Origin: Alphaproteobacteria bacterium
GTDB taxonomy: Bacteria > Pseudomonadota > Alphaproteobacteria > Rs-D84
Reading direction: 5' to 3'
Length of the DNA: 64,000 nt
Assembly (NCBI GenBank): GCA_031549365.1
Contig: JAVBPX010000005.1
Coordinates: forward strand, 17,660-81,659
Both the position numbers and the translations under genes were made by a program. How positions within the stretch are numbered: position 1 is the stretch's first letter; each line of letters opens with the position of its first letter. Of the stretch, positions 38,581 to 49,028 are shown piece by piece. The notes under the pieces are model-generated. The model worked only from the letters and a program-made list of their open reading frames with translations, ran no database searches and had not been told where the DNA came from.

Positions 38581-39383
38581 CTTTTTGAATTTTCCGCATT
38601 AATTCCGCGAGTGGAACGATTTTCAATAAAATCAATAGCATCCAGCGCGTATGGGTTTTTACCAACTTCGTGTCGCACACGTTTTAAACGTTCCGCCATT
38701 GTATCGTCGTTGTTCTTGTCGAATGCAGCGGTATAAACCTTGTAAATTGCGTGAATATCCTCGTTTGTGAAACCGCGACGGGATAATCCAACACGATTGA
38801 TACTGCGGTATTGGGCTGGCATTCCGGTTGAAATACTGTATGGCAATATATCTGTGCCAGCACCCGACATTCCGCCAACCATGGCATGTTTACCAATGCG
38901 CGAAAATTGATGTACAGCGGATAATCCACCAATGATTGCCCAATCTTCGATTTCAACGTGCCCTGCAATTTGAACAACATTTGATAAAATAATATTATTT
39001 CCCAAATGGCAATCGTGCGCAATGTGTGCGTTAATCATAATTTGATTGTCATCACCAATAATCGTCCCGGTTGATGCAGGTGTTCCAGATTGAATTGTAA
39101 CATATTCGCGGATACGATTGCGTTTTCCGATGACAACACCAGTCATGGTTTCGTCATCTTGGAATTTTAAATCTTGGCCCTTGGTTCCAATAGCAGCAAA
39201 AGGATATACGATTGTGTCGTCCCCAATGGATGTTTTGCCGTCAACCACAACATGGGACATTAATTCAACACGATCGCCCAATGTAACTTCGGGTCCAATA
39301 ACGCAATATGGCCCAATTTTAACGTCAGATCCCAATTTTGCAGAATCAGCCACAATTGCAGTTGAATGAATTTGATTCGACAC
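38577..39383 (-). CDS. lpxA: acyl-ACP--UDP-GlcNAc O-acyltransferase
   Basis: IHSTAIVADSAKLGSDVKIGPYCVIGPEVTLGD hexapeptide repeats; GTG start. Confidence 0.9.
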   Translation of the reverse strand: MSNQIHSTAIVADSAKLGSDVKIGPYCVIGPEVTLGDRVELMSHVVVDGKTSIGDDTIVYPFAAIGTKGQDLKFQDDETMTGVVIGKRNRIREYVTIQSGTPASTGTIIGDDNQIMINAHIAHDCHLGNNIILSNVVQIAGHVEIEDWAIIGGLSAVHQFSRIGKHAMVGGMSGAGTDILPYSISTGMPAQYRSINRVGLSRRGFTNEDIHAIYKVYTAAFDKNNDDTMAERLKRVRHEVGKNPYALDAIDFIENRSTRGINAENSKR

Positions 39384-39487
39384 GATATACCCCTTTTTGA
39401 TATAAAAATGAACAGGGTTTTATTATATATAATAATTACCAAAACCCGAATCAAAACTTATAACGAAATATAACGGAAATATCGCAT

Positions 39488-39514
39488 AAAAAAACGGACC
39501 AAATGGTCCGTTTT
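39488..39514 (-). terminator. terminator after mreB
   Basis: aaaaaaacggaccaaatggtccgtttt. Confidence 0.65.
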
Positions 39515-39520
39515 ATAACA

Positions 39521-40594
<1,074 letters not shown>

Positions 40595-40641
40595 TTAACT
40601 TTTGAATTATAAATAAAAAATGGCAATAATCAAGCGGTGAT

Positions 40642-42780
40642 TTAGGTTATTTTTCGTATAAATTCAGCTGATACTTTTTTAATGCCTGTTCGCTGAAACG
40701 CAATTGTTAAAAAATCACCGTCTTGTTCAATTACAACACCGCGTCCCAAATCGTCATGTTCAACCAGCGACCCAACAACAGAATTGGAAATCTTTTGTTT
40801 TGGTTTATAAACAGCTGGTTTTGGTGTAAATGTTTTTGGTTTTTGATTATAAAATCCGGTTTTTTCGATAAATTGGTCATCAATTTCATCCAAAAATATT
40901 GATGGCAAATTATTTTGGCGTTGCCCAAAAACCAGGCGAGATGATGTTGTTGAAATAATTAATTTTTTACGTGCGCGTGTAATTCCAACATATGCCAGAC
41001 GTCGCTCTTCTTCTAAACCCTTTTCGCCCTCTTCTTTTAATGTGCGTTCTGATGGGAAAATCCCCTCTTCCCATGCGGGTAAAAACACTGTATCAAATTC
41101 CAATCCCTTGGCCGCATGTAATGTCATAATTGATACGTGATCTGTGTTTGATTCTTCGTCATTCATAGTCATTAATGCTACTTGTTCCAAGAATCCCTCC
41201 AATGATGTATGCTGATCATTAATCAATCCAATTAATTCGCGTAAATGTTCCAATCGCTCTTTGGCGTCCAAATCCTTGGATTCTTGCCACATTTTGATAT
41301 ATCCAGATTGATCCAATAATGTTTGAAAAACCTCGGCCGGTTCTTTTTTCCCAATTAATTCACGAATTGACTCAAATAATTTAACGAATGATTGACATGA
41401 TTCTTTCATGCGTTTTGGCATAGCATTGGTTTCAATCATATCGCGCATTGCATCAAATAATGATAAATTACGAGATTTGGCATAATCACGAATATGGGCC
41501 AATGCAACATCGCCCAAACCACGTTTCGGCGTATTTAAAATCCGAGCCATTGATACATCGTCGTACGGATATACCAATAATCGTGCGTATGCGACAGAAT
41601 CCTTGATTTCGGTGCGATCATAAAACCGTGTACCACCAATTAATTTATATGGAATTTTTCGCATCATTAATTCTTCTTCGAATAAACGCGATAAACTTGC
41701 ATTTCGAATTAAAATTGCAAATTCATGATATGGTTGCCCAGACATATGTCCCGATTCAATTTCATCCGCAATCATGTTTGATTCCATGTGATCGGAATAT
41801 AATTGAACAATTTGAACCAAGTCATGAGAATCGTTTGAATTTGTTTTTAAATCTTTGCCTAAACGCCCCTTGTTATGCTTGATTAATGAACTGGCAACAC
41901 CCAAAATAGCCGGCGTTGATCGATAATTTGTTTCCAACCTAATTATTTTTGTTCCGGTATATTCGCGATCAAATCCCAATATGTTTTGGATTTCAGCGCC
42001 TCGCCATGAATAAATGGATTGATCATCGTCGCCGACACAACAAATGTTTCTGTGATGCGATGCCAACAATCGCAACAACATGTATTGAGCCATGTTTGTA
42101 TCTTGGTATTCGTCAACCAAAATGTATTTAAATTGTTGTTGATATTTTCGTAAAATATCAGGTTCGTGCAATAATAAATCCAGAGGTTTTAAAATTAAAT
42201 CACCATAATCAACCCCGTTGAGTCTGGATAACTCTATCTGATACAAAGTATAAATTTCAGACAGCCTGCCATCCGCAAAACCATTGGCGCTTGATGATGT
42301 CGACCCTGTATGTGTTTCCGCTTGATCATATCGAATTGCGCGATCTTTCAGACGTGAAATTTGTTCCACAGCATCAATTGGCGGCCATTTTTTCAGATCA
42401 ATCGACATATTTTGCATAATATTTTTTAACACCGCCTTTTGATCATCTTCGCCCAATATCAAAAATGGATTTTTTAATCCAGCGCGTTCAGCATTTGCCC
42501 GTAATATCTTGACCCCAATTGCATGAAATGTTCCCATCCAAACAGCACCTGCCATACCACCAATCATTTGTTGCAAACGATCTTTCATTTCATTTGCTGC
42601 TTTGTTGGTAAAGGTCAGGGCCAAAACCTCCCACGGGTTTGCAAGTCCGCTGGATAAAATATGTGCTATACGCGTGGTCAAAACCCGGGTTTTTCCCGTT
42701 CCAGCACCAGATAATATTAATACCGGCCCCTCGGTTGTTTCGACCCCAATACGCTGTTCTGGATTTAAATTTGTTAACAT
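40642..42780 (-). CDS. uvrD: ATP-dependent DNA helicase UvrD/Rep family
   Basis: LNPEQRIGVETTEGPVLILSGAGTGKTRVLTTRIAHIL; 712 aa with UvrD-type C-terminal domain. Confidence 0.85.
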   Translation of the reverse strand: MLTNLNPEQRIGVETTEGPVLILSGAGTGKTRVLTTRIAHILSSGLANPWEVLALTFTNKAANEMKDRLQQMIGGMAGAVWMGTFHAIGVKILRANAERAGLKNPFLILGEDDQKAVLKNIMQNMSIDLKKWPPIDAVEQISRLKDRAIRYDQAETHTGSTSSSANGFADGRLSEIYTLYQIELSRLNGVDYGDLILKPLDLLLHEPDILRKYQQQFKYILVDEYQDTNMAQYMLLRLLASHHRNICCVGDDDQSIYSWRGAEIQNILGFDREYTGTKIIRLETNYRSTPAILGVASSLIKHNKGRLGKDLKTNSNDSHDLVQIVQLYSDHMESNMIADEIESGHMSGQPYHEFAILIRNASLSRLFEEELMMRKIPYKLIGGTRFYDRTEIKDSVAYARLLVYPYDDVSMARILNTPKRGLGDVALAHIRDYAKSRNLSLFDAMRDMIETNAMPKRMKESCQSFVKLFESIRELIGKKEPAEVFQTLLDQSGYIKMWQESKDLDAKERLEHLRELIGLINDQHTSLEGFLEQVALMTMNDEESNTDHVSIMTLHAAKGLEFDTVFLPAWEEGIFPSERTLKEEGEKGLEEERRLAYVGITRARKKLIISTTSSRLVFGQRQNNLPSIFLDEIDDQFIEKTGFYNQKPKTFTPKPAVYKPKQKISNSVVGSLVEHDDLGRGVVIEQDGDFLTIAFQRTGIKKVSAEFIRKIT

Positions 42781-42859
42781 GATTTATATCCGTTTTTCTT
42801 GCTTTTTTGATTATGATTCAGCATAATGCAATTATCATTAAAAGAAAAGGAGAAAAACA

Positions 42860-43159
42860 ATGGGTTTAATTTTTGTACCAATCATCAGCTTGGCAACTCT
42901 GTTAATTAATATTTATGCGCTGGCCGTATTTGTGGCGGTTATTTTGGCCTGGTTGGTGGCGTTTGATATCGTTACATTAAATCACCCAGCCATGCGCAGC
43001 TTTTCAAAAACATTGTTCATGATAACAGAACCTGTATTTGAACGCGTGCGTCGTGTAATCCCTCCATTTAATAATATCGATTTTTCGCCTGCGATTGTGT
43101 TGATTTTGCTGTTTGTAATATCTTCGTTTTTGAATCAATTGTTAAAATTGATGATGTAA
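42860..43159 (+). CDS. YggT-family membrane protein
   Basis: 99 aa; two TM segments; YggT-like PAMRSF...ITEPV...RRVIPP. Confidence 0.65.
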   Translation: MGLIFVPIISLATLLINIYALAVFVAVILAWLVAFDIVTLNHPAMRSFSKTLFMITEPVFERVRRVIPPFNNIDFSPAIVLILLFVISSFLNQLLKLMM

Positions 43160-43160
43160 T

Positions 43161-43853
43161 ATGACGAATCGTATCGTATGCTTTGATATTGAAACTACTG
43201 GTTTTTCCTGGTCCAATGGCGAACGAATTATTGAAATCGGCGCAGTTGAAATAATCGACGGCGTTATAACCGACAATAAATTTCATTCGTATGTTTCGAA
43301 CCAAGGCCGTCCAATCCCCAAAGAATCATATGATGTCCATAAATTATCCGAAAGCTTTTTGTCCGATAAACCAAAATTTGATGAAATAGCAAATGATTTA
43401 ATGAATTTTATTGGGACTTCACCAGTCGTTGCACATAACGGAATTGATTTTGACTTTCCATTTTTAAATTATGAATTAAAACAAATTGGAATTAATGGAA
43501 TTCCAAATGAACAACAGCTTGATTCATTATTATTGGCAAGAAATCGTGTATTTGGCCCAAAAAGTTACAGTTTGGATTCCTTGGCCCAATGGTTCGGAGT
43601 AAATTTATCAGCCCGTGCGGACGCGCATGGCGCGTTAATTGACGCATTAATTCTGGCCGAGGTTTATTTATTTTTAAACCAAGCCACAGATCAAAAATCA
43701 ATAAAACAAGTTATCGAAGAATCACAAATAAAATTATCCGGATTACCGCGTCAAAACCGGCAAATTCGCACATTTACATTATCAGACGATGAATTAAAAA
43801 ATCATTCTGAATTTATTGAAAAAAATATTAACGACGCCTTGTGGCACGATTAA
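43161..43853 (+). CDS. dnaQ: DNA polymerase III epsilon subunit (3'-5' exonuclease)
   Basis: IVCFDIETTGF (Exo I), VAHNGIDFDFPFL (Exo II), DALILAEVYL (Exo III). Confidence 0.85.
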   Translation: MTNRIVCFDIETTGFSWSNGERIIEIGAVEIIDGVITDNKFHSYVSNQGRPIPKESYDVHKLSESFLSDKPKFDEIANDLMNFIGTSPVVAHNGIDFDFPFLNYELKQIGINGIPNEQQLDSLLLARNRVFGPKSYSLDSLAQWFGVNLSARADAHGALIDALILAEVYLFLNQATDQKSIKQVIEESQIKLSGLPRQNRQIRTFTLSDDELKNHSEFIEKNINDALWHD

Positions 43854-44148
43854 TCATTGCCCTACGAACCATCATAACACCAGGATCATCAAATATTTGA
43901 ATTTGTAATATATTTTCAATATATTGAATTCTTTCTGTTGTTTCTTGGTCCACTGAAATATCCAACGCTATTAAACATTTTAAATTCGATTTAATTCTTT
44001 TTATTTTTTGTTTGAATGATTCCAACGGTTTGTTTTCTTTCACCTTGCGCAATAAATACCAGTAAAAGTTTGTAATATCTTTTTTAAAGTGCATCCATTG
44101 TAATTGGATGTATTCTTCGAATGGTCGGTCGCTGTATTTTTTTGCCAC
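43828..44148 (-). CDS. hypothetical ORF (106 aa), doubtful
   Basis: Only ORF in the 430-bp dnaQ-secB gap; overlaps the dnaQ 3' end by 26 nt; no recognisable domain. Confidence 0.2.
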   Translation of the reverse strand: MAKKYSDRPFEEYIQLQWMHFKKDITNFYWYLLRKVKENKPLESFKQKIKRIKSNLKCLIALDISVDQETTERIQYIENILQIQIFDDPGVMMVRRAMINRATRRR

Positions 44149-44236
44149 TGATTACGCCTTTTATTTTCGCCTTCCCTCTCTCTATGTAAGACATGATTAT
44201 AATCATACAAAAATTTAAGTCAATATTTAAAAGCGC

Positions 44237-44266
44237 AAAAAAAAGCCCGCAATTTATGCGGGCTTT
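44237..44266 (-). terminator. terminator after secB
   Basis: aaaaaaaagcccgcaatttatgcgggcttt. Confidence 0.65.
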
Positions 44267-44284
44267 GATTGATTTCTATTTATT

Positions 44285-44728
44285 TTAATTGGCTGGTTTG
44301 TTTTGATTTGATTGATATAATTGTTCGAAATCAACCATACCCATAACAAACGGAGGATATCCAGATTCACCTGTCATATGCATTACCAACGAACGCACAG
44401 ATGGGTATAAACTGGTTGGAATATCAACCAATAATTTATGTTGTAATTCTTTTTCATCCGATGCTGTTACAGCGGCCAATCCAGAATAAGTCATTTCAAT
44501 CATGAAAATTGTTTTTTTATCTTCTTCGGCTTGGTTGTGAATTTTAACTATTAAATCAACCATATACAGGTTGTTTTCTGTTCCCTTGACCTGGATGTCC
44601 ATATTTACACTTACGTTGGCTTTGACCCCTTCTTTTCTGAAAAATAATTCTGGTGAATTTGGGCTTTCAAAGGAACAGTCCTTTAAAAATTGGGCCATTA
44701 AACGCATTTCTGTATCTGGTTTGTTCAT
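44285..44728 (-). CDS. secB: protein-export chaperone SecB
   Basis: 147 aa; ...FMIEMTYSGLAAV... SecB fold. Confidence 0.85.
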   Translation of the reverse strand: MNKPDTEMRLMAQFLKDCSFESPNSPELFFRKEGVKANVSVNMDIQVKGTENNLYMVDLIVKIHNQAEEDKKTIFMIEMTYSGLAAVTASDEKELQHKLLVDIPTSLYPSVRSLVMHMTGESGYPPFVMGMVDFEQLYQSNQNKPAN

Positions 44729-44815
44729 AACGTCTCCTTTTTATTGAACGATGGGCTTAATTTTGATATAATGTTCTGGTGTCATGTTTTCAAGTATAGC
44801 TTATAACAAACGGAA

Positions 44816-45400
44816 TTGCAACAAATGTCAATTTGGCCTATTATTTTTATTATTATCGCATTGGTCGTGCTGATTTTATTAAATACGCGCATGCGACCTG
44901 TTATAAAAATTGAAAAAAAGCTTCGATTTTCGCCAATTGCAATCGGGATGCAATTAAATATAGCAAATGATTTGATGCCAAAATTTATGGAAATGTGCAA
45001 ACGATATCCTCATTTGGATGGGCAAAATTTGGCCCACAGTTTATCCAATATGGTGATTGATGTTATGAATTCATATGTTGTTGGGAAAATTCCAAATTCA
45101 ATTTCCGAAAAATTGGCTTTGTTATGGGAAAAAACATGGAATCATAATAATAAAAATGGTATTAAATCGCACGCCGATTTAAAACATTTGAATTCTATAT
45201 TTGTTGATGATGTTAAATTTAACGATGATGTTTTAAAAATGAAAATTTTAATAAACAGCGATCAGGTTCGATACACAAAACAAAATGGTAAATTAATATC
45301 CGGGGACCCAAAAACAATAGATACCATTACTGACGTTTGGGAAATCCGCACAAATCCAAAAGAAAGGGAGCTTTTATGGCAAATTACAGAAACTTATTAA
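44816..45400 (+). CDS. Tim44-like domain protein
   Basis: N-terminal TM helix plus Tim44-like C-terminal region; conserved alphaproteobacterial neighbour of mltA/secB. Confidence 0.55.
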   Translation: MQQMSIWPIIFIIIALVVLILLNTRMRPVIKIEKKLRFSPIAIGMQLNIANDLMPKFMEMCKRYPHLDGQNLAHSLSNMVIDVMNSYVVGKIPNSISEKLALLWEKTWNHNNKNGIKSHADLKHLNSIFVDDVKFNDDVLKMKILINSDQVRYTKQNGKLISGDPKTIDTITDVWEIRTNPKERELLWQITETY

Positions 45401-46482
45401 TGGCGAGTATGGTATTTTTGGCCAGTTGTTCATGGTTTGATCAGCCAACCGTTTCATCCAAAAACAATCAAGTTACATCAAATTTAACAGCTGTTTCGTA
45501 TAATTCATTACCTGGGTGGCAAAATGACGATTTGCGATATGCTTTGAAATCGTTCCGCCAATCATGCAAATCCAAAAGTTTTAAAGATGGGACCAGATAT
45601 TATGCAAAAATTCGACCCAATGCTGAATTAATTGCTGAAAAATGTGCGTTTTTACCATCAGAATCCGCTGATAATGCGACCGTACGCGCTTGGTTTGAAT
45701 CGCACTTTCAGCCATATCAAATTCGTGCCGATGGCGGTAAAAACACCGGCGTTTTCACAGGTTATTATTCACCAACAATTATGGCATCCCGGTATAAAAG
45801 CGCAAAATATAATGAACCCATTATGATGGCACCATCAAACATGAATTCGTACAAAGGTGTTGACCGTAAAACAATCGTTTCAAAACAAATTGGCACTCCA
45901 TTATATTGGGCAAACAAGGTTGATGTTCAAAATTTACAGATCCAAGGTTCGGGACTTTTGAAACTGGATGATGGAACTGTCGCAAAAATGAATTTTGGAG
46001 CGCACAACGATATGACTTTTAAAAGCATTGGCGAACAATTAAAGCAAAAAGGTATTCGCCCAGACGAAGGTTATAAATCAGCCGCTGTGTGGAAACATTT
46101 AAAAGCCCATCCAGCATTGGCAGACGAAGTAATTGATAAAAATCCACGTTATATTTATTTTGTCGAGGCCAAAGACCACGATGCAATTGGAAAATTAGGT
46201 GTTCCTTTGACCAAGATTCGTTCGATTGCTGTCGATGATTCTATTTATACGCTGGGACTGCCAATGTATGTTGATACGCAATTATCAAACGGACAAAAAT
46301 TCCAACGTTTGATGGTTGGTCAAGATCGCGGATCTGCAATCACCGGTTGGATTCGCGCGGATATATTCTTTGGATTTGGCGAAGAAGCCGAAGCATTCGC
46401 ATCCCCGCAATATAACGAAGGACGTATGTTCATATTAATGCCAAAACCATATGAACCTGTGGATAAATCAATGTTTAATTAA
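45376..46482 (+). CDS. mltA: membrane-bound lytic murein transglycosylase A
   Basis: Lipobox LASCSW; MltA and 3D domains; AAGGGAG RBS. Confidence 0.8.
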   Translation: MANYRNLLMASMVFLASCSWFDQPTVSSKNNQVTSNLTAVSYNSLPGWQNDDLRYALKSFRQSCKSKSFKDGTRYYAKIRPNAELIAEKCAFLPSESADNATVRAWFESHFQPYQIRADGGKNTGVFTGYYSPTIMASRYKSAKYNEPIMMAPSNMNSYKGVDRKTIVSKQIGTPLYWANKVDVQNLQIQGSGLLKLDDGTVAKMNFGAHNDMTFKSIGEQLKQKGIRPDEGYKSAAVWKHLKAHPALADEVIDKNPRYIYFVEAKDHDAIGKLGVPLTKIRSIAVDDSIYTLGLPMYVDTQLSNGQKFQRLMVGQDRGSAITGWIRADIFFGFGEEAEAFASPQYNEGRMFILMPKPYEPVDKSMFN

Positions 46483-46497
46483 TATTGATTTTGAATT

Positions 46498-46524
46498 TAA
46501 AACCCAGCAAAATGCTGGGTTTTT
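46498..46524. terminator. bidirectional terminator (mltA / parB)
   Basis: aaaacccagcaaaatgctgggtttttg. Confidence 0.7.
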
Positions 46525-46529
46525 GTTTA

Positions 46530-47405
46530 TTAACGCTTGGTTAAAAATTTAATTAATGCACGTCGCTCGTCTTCGGATTCAAAATACAATATAATTGATC
46601 CATTACCCGCGGATTTTACATCCAATTTTGTACGCAATCCCATTGAAACGCGAACCTGTTGTTCTATTTTTTTGATTTCATCACGGGACATTCCGGATTC
46701 AGAACGACCGCGCGATGATTTACGCGGTGCATCTTTGACCAAGTCTTCGACCTGGCGCACTGACAAATTTTCAGATACAATTTTTTCAGCCAATTCAGAC
46801 GCATTTTCAGTAACAATCAATGCACGTGCAGCGCCCGCAGTTAATTTTTTTTCAATCACCATTTGTTGTACATGTTCTGGCAAACTGGTCAAACGCAGGC
46901 TGTTTTTTAAATAACTGATGGATTTGCCAAGCATTTTTTCCAAATCTGTTAATGAATATCCACATTTATCCATTAAATTTTGGTAACCTGTGGCTTCTTC
47001 GATTGGGTTTAAATTTTCACGTTGAATGTTTTCAATTAATGCTATTTCCATTGCATTTTCTGGCGTAACAGCCTTGATTAATGCGGGGATTTCAGTTAAT
47101 CCCGCGTCAATTGACGCACGATAACGACGTTCACCCGCAATAATTTCATATTGATGATTTGTTCCGTAAACTGAACGCACTAAAATTGGTTGTAATACGC
47201 CCTTTTCCGCGATAGATTTCGATAATTCCGCCAATTCAATCGGATCAAATGTTTTACGCGGCTGGTTTGGATTTGGTTTTATCTGATCCAATGGTAATCC
47301 GCGAACAACGACACGATCCCCGCCCGACAATACTGGGATATTTGACGATTCATTGCTTAAATCTTGTTGTAATGACGCCAGTCCGCGTCCCAATCCATGT
47401 TTCAT
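46530..47405 (-). CDS. parB: chromosome partitioning protein ParB
   Basis: GLGRGLASL...; ParB box IIAGERRYRAS; HTH. Confidence 0.9.
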   Translation of the reverse strand: MKHGLGRGLASLQQDLSNESSNIPVLSGGDRVVVRGLPLDQIKPNPNQPRKTFDPIELAELSKSIAEKGVLQPILVRSVYGTNHQYEIIAGERRYRASIDAGLTEIPALIKAVTPENAMEIALIENIQRENLNPIEEATGYQNLMDKCGYSLTDLEKMLGKSISYLKNSLRLTSLPEHVQQMVIEKKLTAGAARALIVTENASELAEKIVSENLSVRQVEDLVKDAPRKSSRGRSESGMSRDEIKKIEQQVRVSMGLRTKLDVKSAGNGSIILYFESEDERRALIKFLTKR

Positions 47406-48188
47406 TTATTTAACCTCTATGTTGTTCATTTTTTCCAATACTTCGGCCGCCAATTTTAAATAAGCCTGGGATCCCGGGGATGCAAAATCGTAAAATAATG
47501 CTGGTTGACCATGGGAAGGAGCCTCGGACAATCTGACATTTCTGGGAATTACTGTTTTGAATACACGATCCTTGAAACATTCACGAACATCGTCTTCGAT
47601 CATTTTTGATAAATTATTGCGACGGTCATACATTGTTAATACAACACCCATGATATCCAATGATGGATTTAAACTGGATTGAATTTTTGATACAGTTTGC
47701 ACCAAGTGTTGGATCCCTTCCAGCGCGAAAAACTCACACTGTAAGGGCACTATTAATTTATTGGCAGACGTTAATGCATTTATTGTTAAAAAACCCAGTG
47801 CAGGCGGGCAATCCAATAAAATATAATCATAATGTTCGGCAATCTTTGAAATTTCAGATTTTAGTTTATATTCACGGTTTTCAATATCCAGTAATTCAAC
47901 CTCGGCCGCGGCCAGTTGCGTGCTGGATGGTAAAATATGCAACCCTTCGACCGCAGTGGTTAAAATACTGGATTCTATTGGTTTGTTTTGAAGCAATACA
48001 TTATAAATCGATTCTTTGCGGTCCGACCGATTTAATCCCAAACCGGTTCCAGCGTTACCCTGGGGGTCCAGATCAATTAATAAAACGCGTTTGCGAATTG
48101 ATGCCAATGACGCAGCAATGTTTATTGCTGTCGTTGTTTTGCCGACCCCGCCCTTTTGATTTGCGAATGCTATTATTTGTGCAGACAT
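47406..48188 (-). CDS. parA: chromosome partitioning ATPase ParA/Soj
   Basis: IIAFANQKGGVGKTTTAINIAASLA deviant Walker A. Confidence 0.9.
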   Translation of the reverse strand: MSAQIIAFANQKGGVGKTTTAINIAASLASIRKRVLLIDLDPQGNAGTGLGLNRSDRKESIYNVLLQNKPIESSILTTAVEGLHILPSSTQLAAAEVELLDIENREYKLKSEISKIAEHYDYILLDCPPALGFLTINALTSANKLIVPLQCEFFALEGIQHLVQTVSKIQSSLNPSLDIMGVVLTMYDRRNNLSKMIEDDVRECFKDRVFKTVIPRNVRLSEAPSHGQPALFYDFASPGSQAYLKLAAEVLEKMNNIEVK

Positions 48189-48267
48189 TTTTATAAACCT
48201 TTCCTTTGTCCAAGTACTGTATATTGGAAAGTGTAAAAAGTCAATGAATTTATGAAAAAGCCGGCTT

Positions 48268-48984
48268 TTACCCCAATTTAGTAACGTTTTTTATCAACAA
48301 AATATACCCCGGGCCGGTGGATGATTCGTGTAATTTATAATCGAATCGGTATTTTTGCCCCGCTTCGTCAATTTCAGCTTTTACATTTTCACCCTTTAAC
48401 AAAGCATAATTTAATCCTAAAACCGCTGTCATGTCCAAAATTTTGGTCAATGACGCGAATGCCCGGGCGGTTATTACACAATTCAAACTCTGCCCCATTT
48501 CGCTTGGGTTGGAATTTGAATTAATGCTTGTTTCGTTATATCGCGGAACCAACCTAGAAACACTATCAATATCTGCGCTGCCGCTTGATATTGGAATGTT
48601 TCTGGGGTTGGTTTCACGTGAAATAACGTTTAAATTTGAAATAACCTGCGCCATGGCGGGGATTTTGTTTTCGATTCGATCGGACCACACCACAACATTT
48701 TTAAGGCCCATAACACGAATACATTCATTTAAAAATATACATTTACGCATATCGCTTTCAATACAATATACATTATAGCCCATTATACCCAATACAATTG
48801 CTGGGAAACCAGCGCCGGAACCCAAATCAAATATAGTTGCGCCCGGATTAATGAATTTTGCCAATTGTTCCGAATCCGCAATATGGCGTGTTTCAATTTC
48901 ATTTATTGTATTTGGGCTGATCAAATTGATTTTTGATTGCCATTGTTTCAATAAATCTGAATACTTTTTAAATAGTTCTTGCAT
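48268..48984 (-). CDS. rsmG: 16S rRNA (guanine527-N7)-methyltransferase RsmG/GidB, with an internal low-complexity insertion
   Basis: MQELFKKYSDLLKQWQSKINLIS...IFDLGSGAGFPAIVLGIM; ~239 aa versus ~200-210 typical. Confidence 0.75.
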   Translation of the reverse strand: MQELFKKYSDLLKQWQSKINLISPNTINEIETRHIADSEQLAKFINPGATIFDLGSGAGFPAIVLGIMGYNVYCIESDMRKCIFLNECIRVMGLKNVVVWSDRIENKIPAMAQVISNLNVISRETNPRNIPISSGSADIDSVSRLVPRYNETSINSNSNPSEMGQSLNCVITARAFASLTKILDMTAVLGLNYALLKGENVKAEIDEAGQKYRFDYKLHESSTGPGYILLIKNVTKLG

Positions 48985-49028
48985 ATTATTCTTTTGCTTT
49001 TTGGTTTGTTTTTTTGTATTATGCCAAC

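Noticed and set aside
40642-42780. UvrD-like helicase as a possible Gabija (GajB) or other defence helicase
   Set aside because: 712 aa with the canonical UvrD/PcrA N-terminus and C-terminal domain. No GajA/OLD-family ATPase or other defence partner adjacent; neighbours are mreB and yggT-dnaQ. Called housekeeping uvrD.
43828-44148. 106-aa ORF as a toxin-antitoxin component
   Set aside because: No partner ORF, no recognisable toxin or antitoxin fold. Kept only as a low-confidence hypothetical.
47660-48778. Plus-strand ORFs 47660-48196 and 48431-48778
   Set aside because: Antisense to parA and rsmG, which have unmistakable motifs; spurious.
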